Positions 11,157 to 21,690 of a stretch of DNA of 32,178 nt are shown here, piece after piece (position 1 is the first letter of the stretch; each line of letters begins with the position of its first letter). This DNA comes from Sphaeroforma arctica JP610. Lineage: Eukaryota. The notes under the pieces were generated by a model. It was not told where the DNA came from. It was given only the letters and a program-made list of their open reading frames with translations, and did no database searches. The stretch spans positions 1-32,178 of the forward strand of contig NW_014040400.1 in NCBI RefSeq assembly GCF_001186125.1. The letters are read 5' to 3'. The position numbers and the translations under genes were made by a program.

Positions 11157-12770
11157 CAATTCAACACTATACACACGTGCAAGAAGACTTACTGCCATTT
11201 GGCAGGGCAGCGGGTGACACACTGCGTTCGCTATGCGGCGGATGGGTCAGCTTCTCGCGGTCCATTGGCTCGGTGCCGATCAATCTATAAATAGTCCAAG
11301 ACACATGCGACAAAGTCAATACCAGTGCGTTTGGGACCCTCGCGCCCGTTTGGTTCGTGAATCAGGTCATTTAAACAAAACTTTATGAAGCTAGAAAGAC
11401 TAGTTCTGTAGTTTGTAAGAGGGCGTGGTACCAAGTGTAGATAAAAAACCCTAAACCCTAAACATGCTTAGAAGTCGGCATACACGGAATAAAAACCCTA
11501 AACCCAAACTAATAGTTCAATTATTTCGGTAGATCAAACTAATAGTGCAATAATTCGTTCAATCGGACTATTAGTTCAATTATTTCGTTCGATCAGACTG
11601 GTAATTGCAACAAATGCTATGGCTCTAATACTACATCCGCTGTGCTGGGCTGGAAGTCAGAGCGATATAGAACATCACAGTCAGGAGGAAACAAAGACAG
11701 CCACGGGACAAGACAGGGATCAAATAGCTCCTTACACAAACACACGAGTCAAAACCAAGATCAGACTCGGATGTGATACCGCATATATACATATATATAT
11801 ATACATATTGTCATTTTCCAATGGCATTTGTGTGCAGCCGCACGGTGCCCAGTACTCTGATGTGATACTTACACACAGGACGACAACGCACACAACTACA
11901 CGGGTAGAAACACACATTGGAAGACGTAAGAAACTACTATATATATATATATATATATATACATACATATACATTATACATAGAAACACAAACACACACA
12001 CTATATATATATCCATATCACTCAAGTCAAACAATCAAACAAATCCCGCACATGATAGAGTGTGAGGAGCTGAAGGCGTTGCTACAGATGTACTGGTACA
12101 GTGAGAGAAATCGCATCCTATGATGAAGGGAATGAATAGGATCTACGGGGGAAATGGCACTTTAACAACAGGCTGCATACAAAACACAAATAGATAATCC
12201 ACAGTACAGCCACAGCCACAGCCACAGCCATATATATATACATATACATATACATAGCGAGGATGGGTATCGACATACTTGCACAGGAAATTGCACAGCA
12301 GATGGCTCATCTTCTGTCGGTCTGAGTTGCTGAAGCTGTTGGGGCAGTTGAAAAGGTAGTGGTGCATGAGCCGTGCCACCTCCTGCAGCACCTCTCTGTC
12401 CTCGTACGTGTGCGTGTAGTGCGGTGCCTCATTCGCACTCGCCTGCGTAGTCTCCTCGTTGCGCTTAGCCTCCACTTCCGCAAGCATACTCTTCACGGAG
12501 ATGGCTTTGCGGTCGTTCTGTTTGAACGTTGGGCCTTGGTGGTCCAGAGACTTGGCGTGGTTCTTCTCGGTGGTGGCATCCCACACTTGGTCCCAGCCCA
12601 CTTTGGCTGTGCGCAATTCCTCGCACTGGTTGTGGTAGGGGGTACGTTATGCTATCAACAGGCGTGTACAGGAGCATATGTCGATTAGGCACGCCTACAC
12701 GCGTACACACACGCAAAAATACACGCATATATCTATGCCTATATATACAAAAAAAACACACATACATAGG

Positions 12771-12803
<33 letters not shown>

Positions 12804-15800
12804 GTATATGTATATGTATATATATATACGCCTTCCAAAGAAGACATACGGCCATCAACTGCAGTATGCAATACTCCCAAGTGCCAATGATCCAGCAACG
12901 ACCGTCATCGAGCGCACACAAACACACGCAAGGGGCAAGAGTAACACATGCACACATAATGTGTTTAAAAACACACACATAATAACCGTAAACGAGAACC
13001 AAACCTTCTGCTTGAGGCGTTTCAGGACAATCGGTACGGCCACGGCAGTGTTTGTTCGCAAACCATCGATGATTTCCGGCGTCTTCTCATCGTATATCCG
13101 TTTGAGAGCCTTCTTGTATATAGTCTGCGTGGAGGACAGTACAGAAGCGGCCGATATGAGGGATGTGATACTTGACCTCATAAAAAAATTAGGAAAAAAG
13201 GAGAAAAAAAATGCTGTGTCTTTGACTATGAATCGAGCTGAGTTTGAATCTTGATAGTGTTTGGACGCAGGTGCAAGTATTGCTAGGGTCGCTTCAATAG
13301 TTCATACTAAAAATTGGGGTGTAGAACTGCAATAGTATACTTGATGAGTGCCTTATACCGAAATTTGTATATACTATTGAGGCTAAGCTCCTGATCTACC
13401 CCTGCAGATGTCTTCGAGCATCTGTACGCTGACACGCGAAGGGTCATATACGCATCGCATTGAATAGCAGTAGATTGAATACATTTAGAAAAGATAAAGT
13501 GTATGGAAATATCAGGATGGGCGATGCACAGGGTACGCGGCCATTGCACGTAGCTATGTAGCACTGGCGTAAACACGCACGCACACACGCACATTTATAT
13601 ATATAGATATATAGATATATACCAGTCGATTCTAACGCCATCTCAACACACAAATATCTACCCCCACCCACACACCCTCGAGGACCCTCCCAACTTGTCG
13701 TCCAGCCGCAGTGCCGCTGCGTCGGCCGGAGACATTGCAGTGAGTTTCTTGGCTATATATTCCAACACACGGATGGTGTCTGTCAGCTCTCCCAACAAAG
13801 TGCTCATTTCGTATCGGGCTTCTTCGCATATGGCCAGCTGCTCCTCGTGAGTGTTTTTCTGTGGGGATTTGGGTTAAAAAACGTATGTATGTATGTATTT
13901 ATGTATGTATGTATGTATGTATGTATCAAAGTATGCATGTATGTAGGTATGTATATATCTATGTATGTATGCATATATATATGCATGTAGGTATGTACGT
14001 ATGTATTTATGTGTGTGTTTTTTGGTCTGTGTGGCGACTCTAATACGAATGCATGTAGATCTATGCACTATTGCGGGGTTTACATTTAGAGGCTTGTTCA
14101 GGTGTGTGATTTGCATTCGAGACTATGCCTAGCTGCTTCGTGTGCGTGTTTTTCTGTAGGGAGTATATGAACGTGATTGTGATTGTGGTTTTGTGTGTGA
14201 ATTATGTTCATTTTCTTTACTGCGAGGGGGGGGGGGGAATTCACGTGCATTTGTGAGTGTAAGGCTTTCTGTCAAAGTAGTCTTCAAGTGCGTATTTGTA
14301 TATGCAATCACATCCAGGACGTTTAGGTGAGTGTGTGTATGCCGAGGTCGTGTTCAGCAGAGGGTTAGCGTGTGCGAAGGGAGTCTCCACGCACATATGA
14401 ATGTCGATGTAGTTCCATGAGTAAGAGCGTGTGCGTGTTTTCTTTGTGTAGCTAGTTTCACATATGCATTATTTCATAGAGATGATGCACAGGCGCGTCG
14501 TTTGCACCAGCAGCCAATACATCCGCAAACCACCAACCCCAATCGAAGGAAGGAGGACAAGGGTCGACCACTTGGCTATGCACAAGGACCAAGTCCCTCA
14601 ACAAGACAGTGACTAAACATTCTCTCAACACAACAAGACAGTGACTAAACATAGCACATAACATTCGCAGATACCACCAACCCAAAGTCATCGCAATGCC
14701 ATTCCCCCATACAGTGCAACGGAGACTGCTTACCCTGCTATTCACAAAGTACGAGTCTTCGGACGAGGTGGCCGAGGAGACCCAGATGTCGTTGAGCACC
14801 GACTGATCTGCGGCTGTGCGACCACTGCACTTGCGTCCTAGATGGGACTTGGGCAGGGCACGATAACTGTAGCCGTACCGCTTACAGGCCGTGAAGTCTA
14901 TAGCGGGAAGCAAGGATAGAACATCGCGGGAAATGAGACAGTAGTGTGGAGATGAGCCTGAGTACTAATCCGACAGACGTAGGCATAATACACGTCTATG
15001 ATACATCGGATCAAACACAGCTGTTATACAGAACACTCACATACATTCCCCACACCCACAAGACAAGACATTCGTTCATACACACAGCTCTCCACAGCTG
15101 CCCGGCATGGATACACACACCATCTGAACCACAAGCCTGCTATAACACATACTCTTACATACACACACCCTCTGAACCACATGCCTGCTAGAACACACAC
15201 TCTTACATACACACAGGGGCGCAAACACACACCATCTGAACCACAAGCCTGCTATAACACACTCTTACATACACACAAGGGACAAACACACGCCATCTGA
15301 ACCACAAGCCTGCTATAACACACACTCTTACATACACACAGGGGCGCAAACACACACACCCGCCTCGCTCAGAGAGGAAGCACCTACCGATGAGACCGGT
15401 GGCACTCTTGTCGTTCTCAAGATCCCATAAGGAGGTGAGGATATTCGGATTCTGGTCATTCGGCAGAGGGGCGGGTTCTAGGGCATCGTCTTCCGTCACC
15501 TCCTCTGGCGCACTAGTAACTTCTGGCCCGGTTGTGCCATTCGGCTGCACAGCCACATCGAGGCCACTGCCGCCACTTTCCTCGGCGGCAGCAGCAGCTC
15601 CGTTCTGATTGGCCGCCACGCTTGGTAGGTGTTTCTTGAACCAATCAAACAGCTCCGGGTGAGGGTTCAGGAACGGTTCTACCATACTCACCAGCTCAGA
15701 CTCGCTCACGGCCCCAATCTCGTACAACTTGGTCGCCCGGATGAAGTTGTCCATGGCCTTCTGGTTCTTCAGCGCCGCCTTGACCTTGGAGAAGGACACC

Positions 15801-18800
15801 AGTGTTCCGTATGTGCTGCACTCGGGTATCTTGATATCACTGCTCAGCGCCTTCTTCCGCTTGAGCGGGGGTGGGCTGTCCTGTGTGCCCGTCTCCCCAT
15901 CGCCGTTCTGCCCTCGGTTGCCCGCACCCAGTCCCAATCCTATGGGTGCGGGTGCAACCTCCGACCACGTGGTTTGCTGCTGTGGCAGCGGCGCCGCACT
16001 GGAATACCCTGGATCAAATACTTCTTGCCGGGCCGTTTTGCGTTTCCCATTGGCCTTCCCACCTCGCCCAACCCCGCTCTTACCAGCGCCCTTACCCCCA
16101 CGGCCCCTCCCGGACACCGTCCCGGTATGAATCCCGCTATTCACCCCGACGAGCCTCTCCTTCACCAGCTCGTGCCGGCTATTTGCATCCCTGGCAGCCT
16201 TTGCACCCGCCACCGCATCCCTCTCGCGCTCTCTCTCGCGCTCTCTTTCCCTCTCGCGCTCCCTTTCGTGTTCGAGTTCACGTTCACGCTCGTGCCGTTC
16301 CCTCTCGCGGTCGCGCTCACGGTTCTCGCGCGCCATGTTCATCTCGCGGTCGTTGTACTGCTGCGCGTCCATGTCCATGTCCTCGGCACTAAGCAGACCC
16401 CCGTCGCGCATGTGTGGCTGAGGTTGGTTCTCATACATGATACGTTCCTCGGTGTTCAGTGTGTTGTGGTATGGTCCGTGGTTGGTGGGGAGGGGTGGCG
16501 GCAGAGGCCCCTGCCCGCCACGGGCTACGCTTTCGGCATATGGCGCTGCCTCGGGTAAGAACTGGGAGAACTCTTCCAGCAAATCGAGGTTGGAGCGGAA
16601 GAGATGGGCCACCTGGCTGTACACCTCTTTAATTGTCTGCTGCTCCTTCTGGTACGTGTGCAGGATCTCCAGGAAGTTCTTGTAGATCTCTGGAGACCCG
16701 GCAAACCGGGTTTTTATCTTGTTCACATAGTTTATCGCGTGATTGAACTCCACGGGCGGTCGTGCGGGTGGTACGTTTCCCCCCACACCAGCCGGTCCCT
16801 GCATACCCTGTGGCTGGGGCGGTTGCTGTGGATGTGATTCAATCTGCCCCTGGGCTTTGGGCTGGGGCGGGCCCTGTGTCTGCTGCTGCGGGGACTCGTA
16901 CTTACCTACCTGCCCCTCATACTTCACCCCCCCTTGCTCTCCAGCCGGCTGTTGGTACAGTGCTATCGACTGGCGACCAGACGCACCTCGAGGACCCCCT
17001 GGCCCGAGTGCAGGTGCATGTTGCTGAGCCTGTGGCGGTTGCGATGGTTCGCTCGCGCTTCCCTGTCGCTGCTGTTGAGGTGCTGTTTGTGGCTGGGGCT
17101 GTTTTGCCGGTTGCACCTGTGGTTGATGCGGCTGGGATTGTATGTTCTGCTGTCCTGGGCCACTACTGCTCTCGCGCCCTGCACCTGCACCCATACCACT
17201 CAGGTGCGGGCCCAGCCCCATCTTCTGATCTCTGTACGCAATGGGACGACCCTGCTGAGGCGCCTGGTGCGGGGGTGATGTTTGTACTGGTGGCTGCTGC
17301 GCTTGTCCTGGTGGCATCTTAGCCATAGGGGGTCTTCTCGGACCGCTCCCACCACCACTGACATTCCCGGATGGTGAGTTCTCATGCGGCTGTACCGGTG
17401 TTTGGGGCTGTGCCGGTCCCTTCAGGGCGTGCTTGGGCCCCTTGAGGTCTGCATTGGGCTTCTGCGGTGGGTTGCCAGAGGGTGGACCACCCGCTGGCCC
17501 TGCCTGTCCCTGTGCAGGTGCCTGTTGCTGCGAGTTGCGCTGATGGGGTGGCTGCTGTTGCTGCTGCTGCTGTTGTTGTTGTGGATGTGGATGAGGGTAG
17601 CCCTGTGCCTGTGTGTGTGGCTGCGGCTGTGCTCCGTAGTGCGGCGATTGCCCGCCAACCCCCCCTCCCATACCATACCCACTCTCGCGCCTACCATCAG
17701 GCCCATTTAAAGGCCCTGACCCACCCATCGACAGTGACGGTTTACCTGAATGCTGCTGCTGTGGCTGTTGTTGTGTGCGCTGTTGGTGTTGACCGGCAGG
17801 CAAGTTGATTCCCTGGGGCTGTGGGCCCTGTTTGGGTCCGTGTGATGGCCCCTGCCCTTGCCCAGCACCGTGCCCCGGGACATTAGGACCGTTTTGTCCG
17901 TAAGGCCCGTGATGCGGTGACTGCGAGGGTTGGGGCTGTAGTGGGGGTCCGTTGGGGCCCTTCTGCATCGCCAATTTCTGTTGTTGCTGCTGCTGTTGTT
18001 GCTGTTGTGCGGGTATACGTGGTGACCCGTGTTGGGGCTGTAGCGGCTTGTTGGCTCCCCCACCCACACCCGGGCCTTTATTGCCCGGAGCCATGGCAAT
18101 GTTTTTCGGTGTCTGCTGCTGGGTGTGGTGGGGGTGTTGCTGTGGGGCTATGTTCGCATGCGGTGGTCCAGGTTGATCTCCAGCCGACATCGGGCCAGTG
18201 CCTGTGGTGCTGCGTCTGATGGCCTTTTTGGGGCCTTGGTTTCCACTGCCGCCTATTTGTGCGGGAGAGGGGAATGCGCGAGGTAATTGTTGAGACCACT
18301 GTCAGCACCTGAAAAACAAAGATTAAGCTATACAAACAAAAGTAAGTTTATACAAACAAAAGTAAGCTATACTAGCCGACTGGTATGATGTGGCGGCCTG
18401 TCCCTACAAGACTTTCAACTATACATTTCTAACAATTCATTTGTCTGCCTTGTAGATCTCATATCTGGACGCCCAGCAGTCTTCTTTCGAATTAGACAGA
18501 TAAGTACTACACCAACTATCGCGTGCCGTGCTCTCCATACTCTCATTCGAAGTCGAACACTACACCAACCACAAATGTACGTGAAAATTGATGTGAAACC
18601 ACATACACACCCTTTTACATACCTGGTGCAATCGCAATAGGTTTGGCGTCGTGGCCCGAGCCAGATCCAGGCCCATTAGCCCCCATGACTGGTCTCTTAT
18701 TCTCGCGCTTGATGTCTGTGTCACCCATCGGTCCCCTTCCTGGGATAGGCCCTTGACCTGGACCCATAATGCCCATGCCCTGGTGCGCTGTGTAGGTTAA

Positions 18801-21690
18801 GAAGGTTTGTGTAGTGTATGAAATGTATGCAACACTATATGTACAATATTAGGTATGCTATGTGCCCGTGTATGACGAGCTTCTAATGCCGGCTGCAGAC
18901 TCGTGAACAGGCACAAGCATCTGAATAGTCCTGCTGTGCTCACGGAAAAGTAGTACCCTTATCTAGACATAAGGGAAAGAAGTATACCCTCAATTTCAAT
19001 AGAACTTATTCGCAGTTGAAAAAAATCCGCACCTCGGTCAAAGAACTACATAAAAACGAGACAGTGGAGTCTCACACCGCTCTATCGCGAAGCAAACATG
19101 AACACACTCCGTACTGAGTTTGTGTATCAGTGATCTATTGAACCTGCACACACCGCACGCACGTTCCCTTCTCTGTAAGTTGGGTTGCTGCACTGCATGT
19201 AATCTCCTAAGTGCTTGTGATAAGCTTATACTGCAGGTGGCATACACATACCTGCTAGGGGTGGTCCACTGACCATCGGCCCCACAGGCATATACACGGC
19301 TCGGCCGTCCTGCATTTGTCTCATAAGCGGCTGCCCATTTGCACCGATCTCGATTTGATATCCCGGTGGTAGGAAAGTATTGAATCCTCGAATTAGCTTG
19401 GGTCGACCCTGAATGGAAAGCGTGCAGAAGTCAACAGGTCAATACAATACGGACTCACAAAAGCAATCACATGCAGACGCGTGTACATAAAACAGAAACA
19501 GACACAGATTATCACACACATGTTTAGACATACACATTGGATATTCATAAATTATATATANNNNNNNNNNNNNNNNNNNNNNNNNNNNNNNNNNNNNNNN
19601 NNNNNNNNNNNNNNNNNNNNNNNNNNNNNNNNNNNNNNNNNNNNNNNNNNNNNNNNNNNNNNNNNNNNNNNNNNNNNNNNNNNNNNNNNNNNNNNNNNNN
19701 NNNNNNNNNNNNNNNNNNNNNNNNNNNNNNNNNNNNNNNNNNNNNNNNNNNNNNNNNNNNNNNNNNNNNNNNNNNNNNNNNNNNNNNNNNNNNNNNNNNN
19801 NNNNNNNNNNNNNNNNNNNNNNNNNNNNNNNNNNNNNNNNNNNNNNNNNNNNNNNNNNNNNNNNNNNNNNNNNNNNNNNNNNNNNNNNNNNNNNNNNNNN
19901 NNNNNNNNNNNNNNNNNNNNNNNNNNNNNNNNNNNNNNNNNNNNNNNNNNNNNNNNNNNNNNNNNNNNNNNNNNNNNNNNNNNNNNNNNNNNNNNNNNNN
20001 NNNNNNNNNNNNNNNNNNNNNATACACACACACACACACATATCTATATATATATATATATATAAATAGAACTATAAATTTGTTGATGAGTAGGCGAATC
20101 ACGACAAATATTTTAAAATTTATAACATAGAGAGTTCGCCTTCATCATAAAACATCAGCGTACTTCGATAGCTAAATGATAGTAGTATTATATACGTATA
20201 CTACTCAGGTATAATATTAGAGTACTCTTATACAGGTCAATGCCGGAAAAACACAGCATGCGCGCCTGTGGATAATCAGGAATAACTACACTTCGCTAAT
20301 TATCGTATACATTGGTAGACTACCAGAGACTGACTGGTACAATCCAAGCACACGCCACGAACCGTACACACACCTGAAACAACGTGGACACCCTATTGAT
20401 AACACCCGGTGTGTCGATTGCCTGGCTCTTGAACTCCTTCATGATATCTAGGAACTGGTTATACACCTGTGGATCGTCCTTAAACTGCAGCTTCACATCG
20501 TCCAGATACAACAAGGCATCCTCCACCTTCAGGCTGGAACTGGGGTTGCCCCCGCTCTCCTGCGGGTTCGCCATAGCACTCGCACTCGCAATCGCATTCG
20601 CATTCGCACCCGTATTGGTAAAATTCGGCCCAGAATTGGATCCCGAGTTGTTGTTGCTGTTGCTGTTACTGTTGGACCCTGCGCCTGGCGCAATGGCCGA
20701 CAACTGAGTCCCCTGCTGGGATACATTCGGGGGCATGGGTGCTAGTGTCTGCGGCTGCGGAGGAGGTCCGGGTTGCTGCTGCTGCTGCTGCTGCTGAGGT
20801 TGCTTGTGTGGATGTTGTTGCTGTTGTTGTTGTTGTTGTTGCTTCTTGGGCTGCTGAAGCTGTTGTTGTTGCGGTGCCTGGGGGTGGGCGTTGGGGTGCT
20901 GACCCAGTTGTTGCTGTGGCTGCTGTTGTTGCGGTTGTTGCTGAGCTTGGTGTTGTTGCTGTTGCTGTTGTTGTACATGCTTTGGTGGTTGTTGCTGTAT
21001 CGGTGGTTGTGCCATAGGCTGTTGCATGATAGGCTGCTGTTGTGTGTAAGGATGGTTACTAGGCGGTCTTCCCTTCTGTTGATGCTGTTGCTGTTGTTGC
21101 TGCGGTGCCATACGATCCTTAGGGCACAGTGAACTTCTCTCCCCACCTCTACCCATCATAATCGGTCCAGAAGAAATACCAGAATTGTTCTTATTTCCGG
21201 CATTCGCATGGTCAGCACTACTACCCCCCTTACCCATACCTCCCCCTTGGTGTTGTTGCTGTTGCGGTTGCTGGTGTTGCTGGTGCTGTTTCGGATTCGA
21301 CTGCTGTGGCTGCAGTTTCTGAGGTCCATGAGCTGGCTGTATATGAACGCGTTGCTGTGTGTGCACATGAGGTGACCGCTGTTGCATCTGTGACGGCGGT
21401 TGTTGTTGCATCTGCACAGCGTGCTTGGGTGCATGTTGTTGTTGCTGCCGATGCTGTGGTTGTGGTGGCCCGTGAGGTGCCCCTTGTTGCCCCTGTTGTG
21501 CTTGCTGGTGGTGTTGTTGCTGCTGTTGTTGATGCTGATGTGATGGTTGTATCATCTGCTGTTGTTGTAGTTGCGGTGGTTGTTGCGATGGGTGTAACGG
21601 CTGCTGCCCGTACGCCTGGTCTCTGGGGATGGGCATGTTTGGGCCATGACCATTGCCAGGCATGCTCTGTCCTTGATTACTACCCGCCAT
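6128..21690 (-). CDS. SIN3: Paired amphipathic helix corepressor Sin3 (HDAC scaffold), 15 exons, about 2544 aa
   Basis: Phase-consistent GT-AG exon chain: 21690-20374, 19408-19252, 18787-18623, 18252-15388, 14897-14734, 13858-13676, 13124-13005, 12625-12279, 11284-11193, 10210-9927, 9466-9222, 8785-8626, 8421-8263, 7882-6689, 6310-6128 (7635 nt). Encodes PAH1, PAH2, PAH3, HID, PAH4 and the Sin3 C-terminal domain in the canonical order. Confidence 0.95.
6689..7882 (-). CDS. SIN3: Sin3 exon 14
   Basis: cag|[46 protein letters not shown] (conserved Sin3 C-terminal motifs). Donor at 6689, or alternatively 6695. Confidence 0.85.
8263..8421 (-). CDS. SIN3: Sin3 exon 13
   Basis: cag|[43 protein letters not shown]. 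Confidence 0.88.
8626..8785 (-). CDS. SIN3: Sin3 exon 12
   Basis: [52 protein letters not shown]. Confidence 0.92.
9222..9466 (-). CDS. SIN3: Sin3 exon 11: start of Sin3 C-terminal domain
   Basis: [22 protein letters not shown] matches the FY.N..WY.F.RL...L..RL motif. Confidence 0.9.
9927..10210 (-). CDS. SIN3: Sin3 exon 10 (low-complexity linker)
   Basis: tag|[30 protein letters not shown]. Phase-compatible. Confidence 0.75.
11101..11156. repeat. (TA)n/(TACA)n microsatellite in Sin3 intron 9
   Basis: Direct inspection. Confidence 0.9.
11193..11284 (-). CDS. SIN3: Sin3 exon 9
   Basis: tag|[38 protein letters not shown]. Phases 2 and 1 match the flanking exons. Confidence 0.75.
11446..11610. 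repeat. Two AAACCCTAAACCC telomere-like motifs followed by three 29-30 bp tandem repeats (Sin3 intron 8)
   Basis: AAACCCTAAACCCTAAAC (11446) and AAACCCTAAACCCAAAC (11493), then ACTAATAGTTCAATTATTTCG-type units. Confidence 0.75.
12279..12625 (-). CDS. SIN3: Sin3 exon 8: HID end and PAH4 region
   Basis: cag|[56 protein letters not shown]. Confidence 0.92.
13005..13124 (-). CDS. SIN3: Sin3 exon 7: HID
   Basis: cag|[42 protein letters not shown]. Confidence 0.92.
13676..13858 (-). CDS. SIN3: Sin3 exon 6: HID
   Basis: cag|[57 protein letters not shown]. Confidence 0.9.
13883..14010. repeat. Degenerate (TATG)n microsatellite in Sin3 intron 5
   Basis: Direct inspection. Confidence 0.9.
14734..14897 (-). 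CDS. SIN3: Sin3 exon 5: HDAC-interaction domain, start
   Basis: [55 protein letters not shown]. Confidence 0.93.
15113..15360. repeat. Minisatellite, 4 copies of a 48-64 bp unit (Sin3 intron 4)
   Basis: Core TCTGAACCACAAGCCTGCTATAACACACACTCTTACATACACAC at about 15123, 15171, 15235 and 15296. Confidence 0.9.
15388..18252 (-). CDS. SIN3: Sin3 exon 4: Q/P/G-rich IDR, PAH2, RE repeat, PAH3
   Basis: [50 protein letters not shown] (PAH2); [36 protein letters not shown] (PAH3). Donor ATC G|GTAGGT. Confidence 0.93.
18623..18787 (-). CDS. SIN3: Sin3 exon 3 (G/P-rich linker)
   Basis: cag|..[45 protein letters not shown]. Phase 1-1 fits both neighbours. Confidence 0.8.
19252..19408 (-). CDS. SIN3: Sin3 exon 2: end of PAH1
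   Basis: cag|[31 protein letters not shown]. Not in the ORF track. Confidence 0.93.
19561..20020. other. Assembly gap (460 N) in Sin3 intron 1
   Basis: Run of N flanked by TA/CA microsatellites. Confidence 1.
20374..21690 (-). CDS. SIN3: Sin3 exon 1: polyQ/P-rich N-terminus and most of PAH1
   Basis: [59 protein letters not shown]. The start ATG is assumed. Confidence 0.93.

Noticed and set aside
11619..14311. Y/I/H/T- and V/C/M-rich ORFs in Sin3 introns
   Set aside because: They are translations of TA, CA and TATG microsatellites.
15629..18219. Long plus-strand and alternate-frame ORFs over Sin3 exon 4 (also poly-L/V/C ORFs at 20739-21704)
   Set aside because: They are shadows of GC-rich, CAG/CAA-rich coding sequence and contain no recognisable motifs.
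19439..20130. ORFs spanning the N run, or a hidden Sin3 exon in the gap
   Set aside because: The ORFs are artefacts of N translation. Exons 1 and 2 join seamlessly within PAH1 (STLFQ|GRPKLI), so no coding exon is needed there.
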